DNA from: Candidatus Eiseniibacteriota bacterium
GTDB taxonomy: Bacteria; Eisenbacteria; RBG-16-71-46
Direction of reading: 5' to 3'
NCBI GenBank assembly: GCA_044222065.1
Contig: JBGAOA010000004.1
Span: forward strand, 18,448-82,447
DNA: 64,000 bases
Part shown: piece by piece, positions 20,801 through 29,702 of the stretch
Layout of the letters: each line of letters opens with the position of its first letter
How positions within the stretch are numbered: the first letter of the stretch is position 1
Translations under genes and position numbers: made by a program
The notes under the pieces: model-generated
What the model was told of the DNA's origin: nothing
The model's database searches: none
Seen by the model: the letters and a program-made list of their open reading frames with translations, nothing else

Positions 20801-21549
20801 AGCTGTCCGTGGACAACGGCGCGACGTGGACGACGCTCGCGAGCGCGGTCGGCGGACGCGACGACAACGAGACGTCGTTGCGCGTGCCGCACCTGCCGAC
20901 GCGCTTCGCGCGGCTGCGCGTCGTGCCGAACGACCGGCTCGTTGGAGGCTTCGATGTGACCGACTCGAGCTTCACGATCCAGACCAGCGTCGCGCTGCTG
21001 TCGCTCGCGGCGACAGCGGGCGAGCAGGGCGTCGAACTCACGTGGCGAAGCGACCCCGCGGTCGGCCCCGAGGGTCTCGCGGGTTATCGCGTGTACCGCA
21101 TGGACGGCGGTGCGCTCGGCACGCGGATCGGCTCCGACCTGATCGCCGAGACGCGCTTCGTGGACGCCGCGGGCCGCGCGGGCACGAGCTACCGACTCGC
21201 GAGCGTGAACGGCCTCGGCGAAGAGCTTGAGCTGGGCCGCGTCACGGCCGGCGAACTCGCGGGCCCGCTCGCTGCCTGGCCGACGCCGCTCGTCGCGGGC
21301 GACGCGCTGCGCGTGCGGCTCGCCGCGCCGCTCGCGGCGAACGGGTTCCCGGCGAGCGATCTCGAAGTCGGGCTCTACGACCTGGCGGGCCGCAGGATCG
21401 CGCGCTTCGCCGGCTCGGCGGTCGCCCCGCTCGGCGGTGCGGTGAACCTGGAGTGGCGCGGCGGCGTCGCGCCCGGGCTCTACTTCGTGCGCGCCGCGGC
21501 GCCGAGCGCCGGGTACCGCGAGGAGCGCCGCGTCGTCGTCGTGAAATAG
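17848..21549 (+). CDS. FG-GAP (integrin-alpha-like) repeat protein with two 7-bladed propellers and a FlgD-Ig/T9SS-type C-terminal domain
   Basis: GTG at 17848 after GGAGG, in frame with ORF 17605..21549. Signal peptide VRSSRPLVRALAALLCAAPLLAPSLASA. Fourteen D-x-N/D-x-D-G-x-x-D-(L/I/F)-x-(V/I)-G motifs. Confidence 0.88.
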   Translation: MRSSRPLVRALAALLCAAPLLAPSLASALSIAEIVAASSSTVRRGQAVSGGFDFDGDGVPDGVVGQPLDDSPGVNSGSALWGKYSALSQSIAFTLLNGAAAGDSLGWSVVMMRDFNNDGYADIAVGAPGANNAAIQSAGKVFVYYGGPTADGVADLTLSGTLAGASFGWALASGDVNGDGVSDLIVGAPGEDALGIISDAGTVYVFLGSSSPSIAPAFTMNGTSAGQRIGDALVSGGDINQDGFDDLVIGRPLADDGGADSGALAVHYGGTNLPIVALTITGAAGDQLGASLALLDMNGDGYDDLAVGSPNATTGTGRVTVYAGGSEMSATASLTIAGVVASGNFGAAVCGGDWNGDGFDDLAVGAPAAGLQTHGSVRAYFGGAAFNGTVDLSFGGQSLIYAFGAAISSFGDMDGDGHDDLGVGCPTNITTSQLVTCFPYAFRFVEPRAGGTLFGGRDATVRWQGRDPADLALSLDGGASWTTLGASIGGQDENAWTFTPPLVPSEHARLRLTIAGQSATRANSRVMAGDLRIVALPDAHAVTSRVDLEFDGAAGARNGFGLAIADVNGDGRGDLCVGVPNPPPGAVRIYFGAQHTDGVPDLTLTGVGGGNALFGATIADVGDVNGDGYGDLLVGAPEYTGTFAREGRAFLYFGGPLSDATADLTIANPTPAADDRFGASLSGVGDFNNDGGNDFVIGAPFDDASSADCGVFQFYLGGAALDATSDGFDDGAVGDRLGSALAGVGDVTGDGLPDFAIGSPFADFNGADSGELFFQSGSVALSLFNANDFVFGGSLAGEQLGSALATGDFDGDGRTDIAALAAGNLLAPRVYLWLSYDGVMESEPDVALTPALGTDRLKTLAAGDLNGDGVDDLAIGAIQDPSIGTTRGRVGVYYGGGLLDGAEDLDLSGPANGDSMGLAIAVGDLAADGFADLAIGMPGVTSGAGRVRVLDYGRYHLSAPASGVTWPVGSSQRVAWSGAESADLELSVDNGATWTTLASAVGGRDDNETSLRVPHLPTRFARLRVVPNDRLVGGFDVTDSSFTIQTSVALLSLAATAGEQGVELTWRSDPAVGPEGLAGYRVYRMDGGALGTRIGSDLIAETRFVDAAGRAGTSYRLASVNGLGEELELGRVTAGELAGPLAAWPTPLVAGDALRVRLAAPLAANGFPASDLEVGLYDLAGRRIARFAGSAVAPLGGAVNLEWRGGVAPGLYFVRAAAPSAGYREERRVVVVK

Positions 21550-21665
21550 CGCCGCCCGCTCGGGGCTCAATCCCCGCGCGGAATCGGCCGAAAACTCCCG
21601 CGATCCGTCGCGGCGCCCCGAGGGTCGGGCCGCGTGCCGCGACGGCGAATCGCGGGAGATCGGCG

Positions 21666-22238
21666 ATGAAGCGGATGCGAATTTCGTCACGGCTCGCACT
21701 GCTCGCCCTCGCGGCGGCGCTCGCGAGCGGATGCGGCGCGGGCAGCGGCGCGGGCCTGGAGGCGAGTGCCGCGGAGGCGCGCGCGAAGGCGCAGCGCGAC
21801 TGGAAGATCCAGGTGGACTGGGCCGGAGCGAAGACCGACCTCGCGCTCGATCGCATGGACATCTTCCTCGTCGAAGAGGAAGAGAGCGAGCCCGAGATCT
21901 TCGAGATCCACGGCGAAGGCGCGGTGCTCGTCGGCCAGCTGCCGATGGACGTGCACGTCGGCTACGGCGCCGAGTTCGAAAAGCTCGTCGGCAAGACGAT
22001 CGCGCTCCAGTCGTACGGCGGCGATCCGGGGGAGCCGAAGACGTCGTGGGTGAACCTCGGCGGCACGCAGGTGCCGGTGACGGGCGGCAGCCTGACGATC
22101 CAGAAGTTCACCGGCCACTGGGACGGCAGCGAGGGCGACAAGACCTACTGGGGCACGGTCGAGCTGCGCGTGAACGGCGCTTCGGGCGAGCAGACCGTGC
22201 GCGGCAAGTTCGCCGTCAACTGCGTGACGTGGGGATGA
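21666..22238 (+). CDS. lipoprotein, function unknown
   Basis: ATG at 21666 inside ORF 21453..22238. Lipobox LALAAALASGC. Confidence 0.7.
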   Translation: MKRMRISSRLALLALAAALASGCGAGSGAGLEASAAEARAKAQRDWKIQVDWAGAKTDLALDRMDIFLVEEEESEPEIFEIHGEGAVLVGQLPMDVHVGYGAEFEKLVGKTIALQSYGGDPGEPKTSWVNLGGTQVPVTGGSLTIQKFTGHWDGSEGDKTYWGTVELRVNGASGEQTVRGKFAVNCVTWG

Positions 22239-22286
22239 GCTTCGAGGCGTCGTGAGGCGCGGCGCGCCGGCGACGAGCGAGCGCGC

Positions 22287-22763
22287 CTACGCCGCCTGCT
22301 TCCGCTGATACACGACGAGCCGGCACGCGACGGGGCCGAGCTTCGCCTCGGCGGCCACGGATTCGTCGTCGCGGCCGACGCTCGCGGCGTTGCGCACGAA
22401 GATCGGCAGCCCGAGCCGGATTGCGCCGTCGCGCGCCGCCATCTTCGACTTCACCTTCCCGGCGAGGATGTTCATCACTTCGCCGACGCCGTCCACGACG
22501 TCCGCTTCGCTCAGCGGCACGTCGGAGCGCACCCCGAGGAATCCGCGCGCGAGCGTGCGGCAGCCGTCGGGCGTCGAGCTGAAGCCGAGGTGCACGGCGT
22601 TCGCGTCGCTCAGGAGCGCGATGAACGCGCCGGGCTCGACCGCGAGTTCGTCGCCCTCGTGGTGTTCGGGGCGGTCGAAGCGGAACGACGACAGCGACAC
22701 TTCGCTCGCGACCTCGCGGAACGCCTCGAGCCAGTCTTCGATCGGAATCACCTTCGCGCTCAT
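22287..22763 (-). CDS. cheX: CheX-type CheY-P phosphatase
   Basis: ATG at 22763 preceded by AAGGAGGTGA. Exact D-x3-E-x2-N-x22-P CheC/CheX motif (DGVGEVMN...LGLP). An alternative start at 22820 overlaps the cheR stop. Confidence 0.8.
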   Translation of the reverse strand: MSAKVIPIEDWLEAFREVASEVSLSSFRFDRPEHHEGDELAVEPGAFIALLSDANAVHLGFSSTPDGCRTLARGFLGVRSDVPLSEADVVDGVGEVMNILAGKVKSKMAARDGAIRLGLPIFVRNAASVGRDDESVAAEAKLGPVACRLVVYQRKQAA

Positions 22764-22816
22764 CGCTTCACCTCCTTCGCGCGCCTTGCGGCGCTTCGGG
22801 TCGTCGGTGCGGCGGC

Positions 22817-23689
22817 TCATGCGGCCTCCGCGAACTTCGGCTGGTAGCCCACCGTGCGGCCGAACGGCACCGCCTCGAACGCGTCGTCGAGCCTGAGCGG
22901 CGTCTCGCCGCCGCCGAGGAACAGCCAGCCGTCGGGCTTGAGGACGCGCCGCAGCTGGCGCAGCACGTCGCGCCGCGTGGCGTCGTCGAAGTACAACAGC
23001 ACGTTCCGCATCAGCACGACGTCCATCGCCGGCAGCGCGGGCCACGGCTGGATCAGGTTCAGCTCGCGGAACTCGACGGCGCGCTTCAGATCGTCGTTCA
23101 CGCGCCAGTCGGGGCCGTCCTTTCGGAACCAGCGCACGAGGCAGTGCGCGGGCAGCCCGCGGTTCACCTCGAGCTGGCTGTAGAGCCCTTCGCGCGCGCG
23201 GCGCAGCATCGCGTTCGAGAAGTCGGTCGCGAGGATGCGCACGTTCCAGGCGCCGAGCATCGGGAAGTGCTCGCGCGCGAGCATCGCGACGCTGTAGGGC
23301 TCCTGGCCGCTCGCGCACGCGGCCGACCAGATCGCGAGTTCGCGCTCCTTCGAGCGCCGCGCGATCAGCTCGGGAAGCACGTCGCGCTTCAGCGACTCGA
23401 ACGGGTGGAGGTCGCGGAAGAACGACGTCTCGGTGATCGCGAGGCTCTCGACGACGCGGCGGTGGAGCGGCCCCCACGACTCCTCGGTGCGCAGGCTCGC
23501 GAGCAGGTCCGAGACGCGGTCGAAGCCCTCTTCGACGGCGAGCCAGCCGAGCCGCAGCTCGACGAAGTACTCCTTGCCGGGGTCGATCACGAGTCCGGCG
23601 CGCGCGCGCACGAGCGCGCGCAGCTCGTCGAACTCGGGGCGCGTCACGGCGTGGCGTGGGTCTCGCGGCTTCGGGGCGTCATGCGGCAC
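22817..23689 (-). CDS. cheR: chemotaxis protein methyltransferase
   Basis: Motifs TETSFFRD, IWSAACASGQEPYS and MRNVLLYFD. The GTG start at 23689 was chosen to overlap the cheB stop, so the start is uncertain. Confidence 0.88.
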   Translation of the reverse strand: MPHDAPKPRDPRHAVTRPEFDELRALVRARAGLVIDPGKEYFVELRLGWLAVEEGFDRVSDLLASLRTEESWGPLHRRVVESLAITETSFFRDLHPFESLKRDVLPELIARRSKERELAIWSAACASGQEPYSVAMLAREHFPMLGAWNVRILATDFSNAMLRRAREGLYSQLEVNRGLPAHCLVRWFRKDGPDWRVNDDLKRAVEFRELNLIQPWPALPAMDVVLMRNVLLYFDDATRRDVLRQLRRVLKPDGWLFLGGGETPLRLDDAFEAVPFGRTVGYQPKFAEAA

Positions 23690-24752
23690 GGCGCGACCCT
23701 CCGGCGCTCGCGCGCTCCGCGATCTCGGCCGCGAGTGACTCGGGCGCGAGCGCTGCATCGGCGAGCCCCGCGCGCGCGACGTTGCCCGGCATACCCCACA
23801 CGACGCTCGTCGCCTCGTCCTGCACGAGCACGCGGCCGCCGGCCTCGCGCACCGCGCGTGCGCCGTCGAGCCCGTCGCGCCCCATGCCGGTCATCACGAC
23901 GGCGAGCGCGCCGCCGCCGAAGGCGTGCGCGAGCGAGCGAAAGAGCGGATCGGCGCTCGGCCGGCACGCGTTCACGGGCGGCGAGTCGTCGAGCGCGAGC
24001 CGCCACGCGTCGCCGCGGCGCGCGAGCACGAGGTGGCGCTCGCCGGGCGCGACCCACACGCGGCCCGCTTCGAGCGGCGCGCCGTCCTCGGCCTCGTCCA
24101 CGCGCAGGTCGCACTGCGCGGCGAGACCGTCGGCGAGGTGGCGCGTGAACGTGCGCGGCATGTGCTGCACGACGAGGATCGGCGCGGCGAAATCCGCGGG
24201 CAGCTTCGCGAGCAGCGCGGCGAGCGCGCGCGGGCCGCCGGTGCTCGCGGCGATGCCGACGATCGCGGCGCGAGCGCGCCGCGCGGGCGCGCCGGGCCGT
24301 GCGGCCGACGCCGGCGCCGAGGCCGCGTGCGCGGTCGCCGCGGCGCGCGCCTCGGCGAGCGCCTTGAGCCGCGGCGCGAGTTCCGAGCGCACGTGCGCCG
24401 CCGCGCCCTGCGGATTCGCGTGCGCGGGCTTCGGCAGGTAGTCGCTCGCGCCGTGCCACAGCGCCTGCAGCGTCGCCTCGGCGCCCATCGTGCTGAACGA
24501 GCTGAACACGATCACGGGGAGCCGCGGATGGAGTGGGCGCAGCGCCTGCAGGAACTCGTAGCCGTTCATCACCGGCATGTCGAGATCGAGCACGACGACG
24601 TCCGGCGGATCGCGCTTCACCGCGGAGAGCGCGAGCAGTCCGTTCGACGCCTGCGCCGGCGGCGCGAACGCCGGATCGGCGGCGAGCGCCTCGGCGACGA
24701 GCCGGCGCAGCGCCGCGCTGTCGTCCACGAGCAGCACGCGGATCGGCGTCAT
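23679..24752 (-). CDS. cheB: protein-glutamate methylesterase / response regulator
   Basis: Receiver domain (VLLVDDS...VVVLDLDMPVMNG) plus esterase domain (GIAASTGGP, VVQHMP, VVMTGMGRDG). Confidence 0.93.
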   Translation of the reverse strand: MTPIRVLLVDDSAALRRLVAEALAADPAFAPPAQASNGLLALSAVKRDPPDVVVLDLDMPVMNGYEFLQALRPLHPRLPVIVFSSFSTMGAEATLQALWHGASDYLPKPAHANPQGAAAHVRSELAPRLKALAEARAAATAHAASAPASAARPGAPARRARAAIVGIAASTGGPRALAALLAKLPADFAAPILVVQHMPRTFTRHLADGLAAQCDLRVDEAEDGAPLEAGRVWVAPGERHLVLARRGDAWRLALDDSPPVNACRPSADPLFRSLAHAFGGGALAVVMTGMGRDGLDGARAVREAGGRVLVQDEATSVVWGMPGNVARAGLADAALAPESLAAEIAERASAGGSRRAA

Positions 24753-24786
24753 GCGGCGCCCGCGGCCCGATGCGCGCGATCGATCG

Positions 24787-25170
24787 TCACGCGGCCTGCT
24801 CGCCCGGATCCACGCCGAGCAGCACGAGCTTCTCGAGCAGGCCCTGCTTGTCGAACGGCTTCATCAGGTACTCGTTCGCTCCGGCCTCGAGCGCGATCAC
24901 GACCTGCTCCATCTCGCTCTCGGTCGTGACCATCATCACGGGCACTTCGGCGAACTCGGCCTCGCCACGGATCGTGCGCAGGAACGCGCAGCCGTCCATC
25001 TCGGGCATGTTCCAGTCCACGAGCACGATGTCCACCGAGCGCAGCTTCCGGATCGTGACGAGCGCCTCCATGCCGCTCGCCGCCTCGTGCACTTCGAATC
25101 CCAGCTCCTTCAGGAACTTGCCGATGATGCTGCGCATCGCGCGCGAATCGTCGATGACGAGCGCTCTCAT
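24787..25170 (-). CDS. cheY: chemotaxis response regulator CheY
   Basis: 127-aa single receiver domain: ALVIDDS, VLVDWNMPEMDG, MVTTE, YLMKPF. Confidence 0.93.
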   Translation of the reverse strand: MRALVIDDSRAMRSIIGKFLKELGFEVHEAASGMEALVTIRKLRSVDIVLVDWNMPEMDGCAFLRTIRGEAEFAEVPVMMVTTESEMEQVVIALEAGANEYLMKPFDKQGLLEKLVLLGVDPGEQAA

Positions 25171-25197
25171 GTCGGTCCTCCTCGCTCGACGCGCGGC

Positions 25198-26868
25198 TCA
25201 GGCGGCCGCGCGCCAGTGCTCCTCGGCCGCGGCCGGCGCCACGGCGGGTTCCTTGGGCGCGCGCGCGACGCGCGTGCCGGTGTCGGTCGTGAAACGGCGC
25301 GTGAGCCGCTGCAGCTCGGCGGCCATGCCGGCGAGTTCGCCGGCGGCGTTCTGCGTGCGCGCCGAGCCCGCCGCGGTGCTCTTCGCGGCCTGCGCGACGC
25401 TCGTGATGCCCTCGCCGATGTCGGACGCGCCGCGCGCGGCCTCGCTCAGGTTGCGGCCGATCTCGCTCGTCGTCGCGAGCTGCTCGTCCACCGCGCTCGC
25501 GATCGAGTTCGAGATGTCCTTGATGTGCTGGATCGTCGCGCGGATCTGGTTGACGGCGTTCACCGCCTCGCGCGTGTCGGTCTGGATGGACTGGATCACG
25601 ACCCGGATCTCTTCGGTCGCCTGCGCCGTGCTGCGCGCGAGGTCCTTCACTTCGTGGGCGACGACGCTGAAGCCCTTGCCGGCGTCGCCGGCGCGCGCCG
25701 CCTCGATCGTGGCGTTCAAGGCGAGCAGGTTCGTCTGCTCGGCGATCTTGCTGATCAGGTGCACGACGTTGCCGATCGCCATGCCGCTCTGGCCGAGCCG
25801 CGCGATCGTCGTGCTCGCGGTCTGCACTTCGCCCGCGGCCCCCGAGGCGACGCGCGCCGCCTCGTTCGTGTTCTTCGAGATCTCCTGCACGCTCGCGTTC
25901 ATTTGCTCGACCGCGACCGCGACCGTCGCGACGCTGCGGCTCACCTCGTTCGCGCTCGACGCCACGGAGCCCGCCTGGTGCGACGCCTCTTCGGCCGTCG
26001 CGGACAGTTCGTAGCTCACGTTCGACAGGTCCTCGGACGCATCGGCGAGCGTGGACGCCTTGTTCGTCAGGTGGCTCACGACGCCGTGCAGCGACTCGCG
26101 CATGCGGTCGAGCGATTTCGAGAGTTCGGCGACCTCGTCGCCGCCCGGCACCGAGGCGACGCGCGTGAGGTCGCCCGCGGCCATCGCCTCGGCGCCGCTC
26201 TGGAGCGCGGTGAGCGAGGTGCGGATGCGGCGCGCGAACGCGAGTCCGGCGCCGAGCGTCACGCCGCCGACGAGGAACCACATCAACGTGAGGAGCCCCG
26301 TGCGCTGCCGCAGCGTCGCGAGCGCCGCCGACTCCATGCGCGCGTGCTCGGCGCGCGCGAGCCGCGTCGCTTCGACGGCCGCTTCGCGGTGGCGCGCGTA
26401 GGCGAGCCGCAGCGGCCCGCGCACGAGCGCCTCGACCTTCGCGGCATCGCCCTTCTCGGCCGCGGGCAGCACCTCGTCCCGCAGCAGGCGCGAGAGGCGG
26501 TCGGCGCTCGGCATGAACCGCTTCGCGACCTGCGTGCGGAGCGCGCCGGGCGGAAGACCCGTCTCCCACGTCGAGCGGTGCTCGTCGAACTCGTCGAGCC
26601 GCTGGTGCAGTTCGTCCACGAGCGCCTCGCTTCGCGGAGTGGCGCACTCCCAGGCGAGCGACTGCGCGACGACGCACGCCTCGACGAGGTAGAGCGGCGT
26701 CGGCACGACGTCGGCGACGAACGACTCGGACGCCGTGATGCGTTCGTACGTCTCGCCGCCGATGGACGTGTCGCGCAGCGTGAGGAACGCCGTCAGGCCG
26801 CAGGCCGCGAGGCCGAGCGACGACAGCAGGATCAGGCCGGTGAGCCGGCGCTGGAGGGTGACGTTCAC
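25198..26868 (-). CDS. methyl-accepting chemotaxis protein (two TM, periplasmic sensor, HAMP, signalling domain)
   Basis: GTG at 26868 after GGAGAGG. Highly conserved tip [32 protein letters not shown]. Confidence 0.9.
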   Translation of the reverse strand: MNVTLQRRLTGLILLSSLGLAACGLTAFLTLRDTSIGGETYERITASESFVADVVPTPLYLVEACVVAQSLAWECATPRSEALVDELHQRLDEFDEHRSTWETGLPPGALRTQVAKRFMPSADRLSRLLRDEVLPAAEKGDAAKVEALVRGPLRLAYARHREAAVEATRLARAEHARMESAALATLRQRTGLLTLMWFLVGGVTLGAGLAFARRIRTSLTALQSGAEAMAAGDLTRVASVPGGDEVAELSKSLDRMRESLHGVVSHLTNKASTLADASEDLSNVSYELSATAEEASHQAGSVASSANEVSRSVATVAVAVEQMNASVQEISKNTNEAARVASGAAGEVQTASTTIARLGQSGMAIGNVVHLISKIAEQTNLLALNATIEAARAGDAGKGFSVVAHEVKDLARSTAQATEEIRVVIQSIQTDTREAVNAVNQIRATIQHIKDISNSIASAVDEQLATTSEIGRNLSEAARGASDIGEGITSVAQAAKSTAAGSARTQNAAGELAGMAAELQRLTRRFTTDTGTRVARAPKEPAVAPAAAEEHWRAAA

Positions 26869-26938
26869 GAGAACCTCTCCGGTGCGAGGGAGCGGGACGA
26901 GATCCCGGGGTGCGAGGGAACAAAGGGCGCGCGGACGG

Positions 26939-27370
26939 TCACGGCAGCGCCTCCGCGAGCAGACGATCGAGATCGAGCGCGAGCAGCAGTTCGCGCTCGA
27001 GCAGCGCGACGCCGCGCACGCGGCCGCGCAGGTGCTGGGGCACCGACGCGGGGCAGGGCTCGAGCGGCGCCTCGCCGGCATCGAACACGTCCTCCGCCGC
27101 GTCCACGACGAGCGTGAGCGCTTCCTCGCCGTGGCGGACGACGAGATGCGTGCGCTCGCCGTCGCCTTCGGCGTCGTCGAGTCCGAACACGCGGCGCAGG
27201 CTCACGGCCATGAGGATCTCGCCGCGCAGGTTCAGCAGCCCGAGCACGCTCGCGGGCGCGAGCGGCACGGGCGTGACGTCGGCGGCGGTCACGACCTCGA
27301 CCACGCGCTCGACCGGCACGCCGTAGCGGTTCGCGCCGACGCGGAACGTGCACAACGCGCCGGCGGTCAC
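26939..27370 (-). CDS. cheW: chemotaxis coupling protein CheW
   Basis: GTG at 27370 with a GTGA overlap with cheA. CheW-like sequence: [18 protein letters not shown]...LNLRGEIL. Confidence 0.88.
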   Translation of the reverse strand: MTAGALCTFRVGANRYGVPVERVVEVVTAADVTPVPLAPASVLGLLNLRGEILMAVSLRRVFGLDDAEGDGERTHLVVRHGEEALTLVVDAAEDVFDAGEAPLEPCPASVPQHLRGRVRGVALLERELLLALDLDRLLAEALP

Positions 27371-29457
27371 GCGGCCTCCGCGAGAGCCGCGAGGTCCACG
27401 ACCTCGGCGAGCCGCCCGCCGACGATCGCGCGCGCCGCGCCGTCGGGGTCGAGCGCGAGCACGTCCTCGACGCGCTCGAACGCGAAGCCGACCGTCTTGC
27501 CGCGGCACTCGCACACGAGCACGGGCACGGTGCCCGCCGCGGCGCTCCACGCCGGATCGCCCGCATCGCCGAGCGCCGTGCCGAGCGGCACGACCGGGAG
27601 CAGGCGGCCCTGCCACTCGGCCGCCCAGCCGTCGCGGCCGCGCGCGAGTGATCCGGGCGCGAACGACTCGATGCGCGCGACGTGTTCGAGCGGCACGATC
27701 GCGAGCCGCTCGCCGCCGAGCGAGACGAGCAGTCCGCGCGCGCGGTCGTCCGGCGGCGCCGGCGGCGGCGGCGCGGCGGCGCGCGGCGCGGCGGCATCGA
27801 AGCCCGCGCGGCGCGCGAGCCCCGGCAGATCGAGGATCAGCGCGATGCCGCCGTCTCCGAGCAGCGTCGCGCCGGCGTAGGCGCGCAGCGCCCGCAGCGA
27901 CTGCGCGAGCGGCTTCACGACGATCTCCTGGGTGTCCACGATGCGCTCGAACACGAGCCCGAGGCGGCGGCCGTCCGCGGTGACGACGGCGATCTGGCCG
28001 CGGCGGCGCTCGAGGCTCTCGGCGCGCGTCGCGAGCCCGAGCGACTCGGCGAGGAACACGAGCGGCAGCAGCGTGCCGCGCAGCCGCATCACGGGCGCTC
28101 CCTCGACCTGCTCGAACGCGTCGCCGCCGAAGACGTGCAGCGGGACGAGCTCGTCCACGCTGACCTGCGGGATCGCGAAGCGCGCGCCCGCCTCCTCGAC
28201 GAGCAGCACGGGCACGATCGCGAGCGTGAGCGGGATGCGCAGCCGGAACGTCGTGCCGCGCCCGGGGTCGGAGTCCACCTCGATCGAGCCGCCGATGCGT
28301 TCGATGCCCGACTTCACGACGTCGAGCCCGACGCCGCGCCCCGAGATCGCGGTGACCTCCTTCGCGGTCGTGAAGCCCGGCAGGAACAGGAACTGGAGCC
28401 ACTGCCGCTCGCTCGCGCGCTCGGCGTCCTCGCGCGCGAGCAGCCCGCGCTCGAGCGCCGCCTCGCGGATGCGGTCGACGCGGATGCCGCCGCCGTCGTC
28501 GGCGACCGTGAGCAGCACCTGTCCGCCCTCGTGGCGCGCGGCGATGCGCACGACGCCCTCGGCGGGCTTGCCCGCGGCGGCGCGCGCCTCGGGCGACTCG
28601 ATGCCGTGGTCCACCGCGTTGCGGACGAGATGGACGAGCGGGTCCTTGAGCGCCTCGATCAAGGCCTTGTCGAGCTCGGTCGAGGTGCCTTCCCTGTCGA
28701 GCCGCACGCGCTTGCCGCACGCGGCGGCGACGTCGTGCACGAGGCGCGGCAGCCGCTGCCACAGCGTCGAGATCGGCTGCATGCGCGTTCGCATGACTTC
28801 TTCCTGCAGCCGCGTCGTCAGGTGGTGCAGGCGCTGGTTCGCGCCCGGCAACTCGGCCCAGTTGCGCGCGGCCGAGTACTGCGCGACCTGGTTGCGCACG
28901 AGCACGAGTTCGCTCGCGAGGTTCATGAGCCGGTCGAGCAGCCCCACGTCCACGCGCAGGTGGTTCGCCTCGGCGGCGCTGGCCGCGGCCGCGGCGTCTT
29001 CGCGCTTCCCGCGCAGGGCGCGCACCGCCTCGCTCGTCGTGTCGGCGGTCGCGCTCGAGCGCGCCGCTCGCTCGGCCGCGCGGCCCGCGAGCGCCTCGGC
29101 GCGCAGCACGACGTCGTCGAACGAGTCGGGGCCCTCGCTGCGGGAGCGCTCGACGTGGCCGAGGATCACGCGCACCGCGTCCACGGTCGCGAGCAGCGCG
29201 GCGGTGACGTCGGCGGACGGCTCGAGCGCGCCGGCGCGCACGCGCGCGAGCAGGTTCTCGCCGGCGTGCGCCACGCGCTCGAGCGCGCGGTAGCCGAGGA
29301 ACGAGCACGTGCCCTTGATGGTGTGGAGCGCGCGGAACGCGTCGTCGAGCGCGGGCTTCGCGCCCGGTTCGCGTTCGAGCGCGAGCAGGTCGCGGTCGAG
29401 ACGGTCGAGCCCCTCGTGGCTGTCCGCGAGGAACTCCTCGATGATGGCGTCGTCCAT
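27367..29457 (-). CDS. cheA: chemotaxis histidine kinase CheA with an extra C-terminal CheW-like domain
   Basis: HPt (FRALHTIKGTCSFLG), HATPase (DDGGGI, GRGVGLDVV), P5, and a second CheW-like domain. The start is ATG 29457 or TTG 29466, the latter having better spacing to GAGGAG. Confidence 0.92.
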   Translation of the reverse strand: MDDAIIEEFLADSHEGLDRLDRDLLALEREPGAKPALDDAFRALHTIKGTCSFLGYRALERVAHAGENLLARVRAGALEPSADVTAALLATVDAVRVILGHVERSRSEGPDSFDDVVLRAEALAGRAAERAARSSATADTTSEAVRALRGKREDAAAAASAAEANHLRVDVGLLDRLMNLASELVLVRNQVAQYSAARNWAELPGANQRLHHLTTRLQEEVMRTRMQPISTLWQRLPRLVHDVAAACGKRVRLDREGTSTELDKALIEALKDPLVHLVRNAVDHGIESPEARAAAGKPAEGVVRIAARHEGGQVLLTVADDGGGIRVDRIREAALERGLLAREDAERASERQWLQFLFLPGFTTAKEVTAISGRGVGLDVVKSGIERIGGSIEVDSDPGRGTTFRLRIPLTLAIVPVLLVEEAGARFAIPQVSVDELVPLHVFGGDAFEQVEGAPVMRLRGTLLPLVFLAESLGLATRAESLERRRGQIAVVTADGRRLGLVFERIVDTQEIVVKPLAQSLRALRAYAGATLLGDGGIALILDLPGLARRAGFDAAAPRAAAPPPPAPPDDRARGLLVSLGGERLAIVPLEHVARIESFAPGSLARGRDGWAAEWQGRLLPVVPLGTALGDAGDPAWSAAAGTVPVLVCECRGKTVGFAFERVEDVLALDPDGAARAIVGGRLAEVVDLAALAEAA

Positions 29458-29663
29458 CTCGCTCAACGCGCCGCTCCTCACCCGAATCGAAGCAAACGAA
29501 AATGCGCGCTCCCGCGTCGGACGCGGAGCGCCGGGTCGTGCCTGCGCGGAAGTTATCGGCGCTCAGGCGCCGAGCCTGCACGGCGGAATGCGGTTGCGGG
29601 CGCGAACGGCGCGGCCGGAACGCGTGTCGGCGGAGAGGCGCGCGCGGGGCGAAACGCCGCGCG

Positions 29664-29686
29664 CCGGAGGCGCGGCGCGCCTCCGG
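29664..29686 (-). terminator. GC-rich palindromic hairpin between the anti-sigma gene and cheA (possible terminator or attenuator)
   Basis: ccggaggcgcg-g-cgcgcctccgg, a 23-nt palindrome 17 nt past the anti-sigma stop, with no U-tract. Confidence 0.35.
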
Positions 29687-29702
29687 TCGAGGGGCTCGAG
29701 CG

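Noticed and set aside
17572-21699. 1375-aa minus-strand ORF, plus the 691-aa plus-strand off-frame ORF 19155..21230
   Set aside because: They are antisense or off-frame to the FG-GAP gene, whose 14 calcium-binding repeat motifs identify the true frame.
22239-22286. Bidirectional terminator between the convergent lipoprotein and cheX genes
   Set aside because: Only a 7-bp GC stem with a 13-nt loop (ggcgcgc...gcgcgcc) and no U-tract. This is indistinguishable from background GC palindromes.
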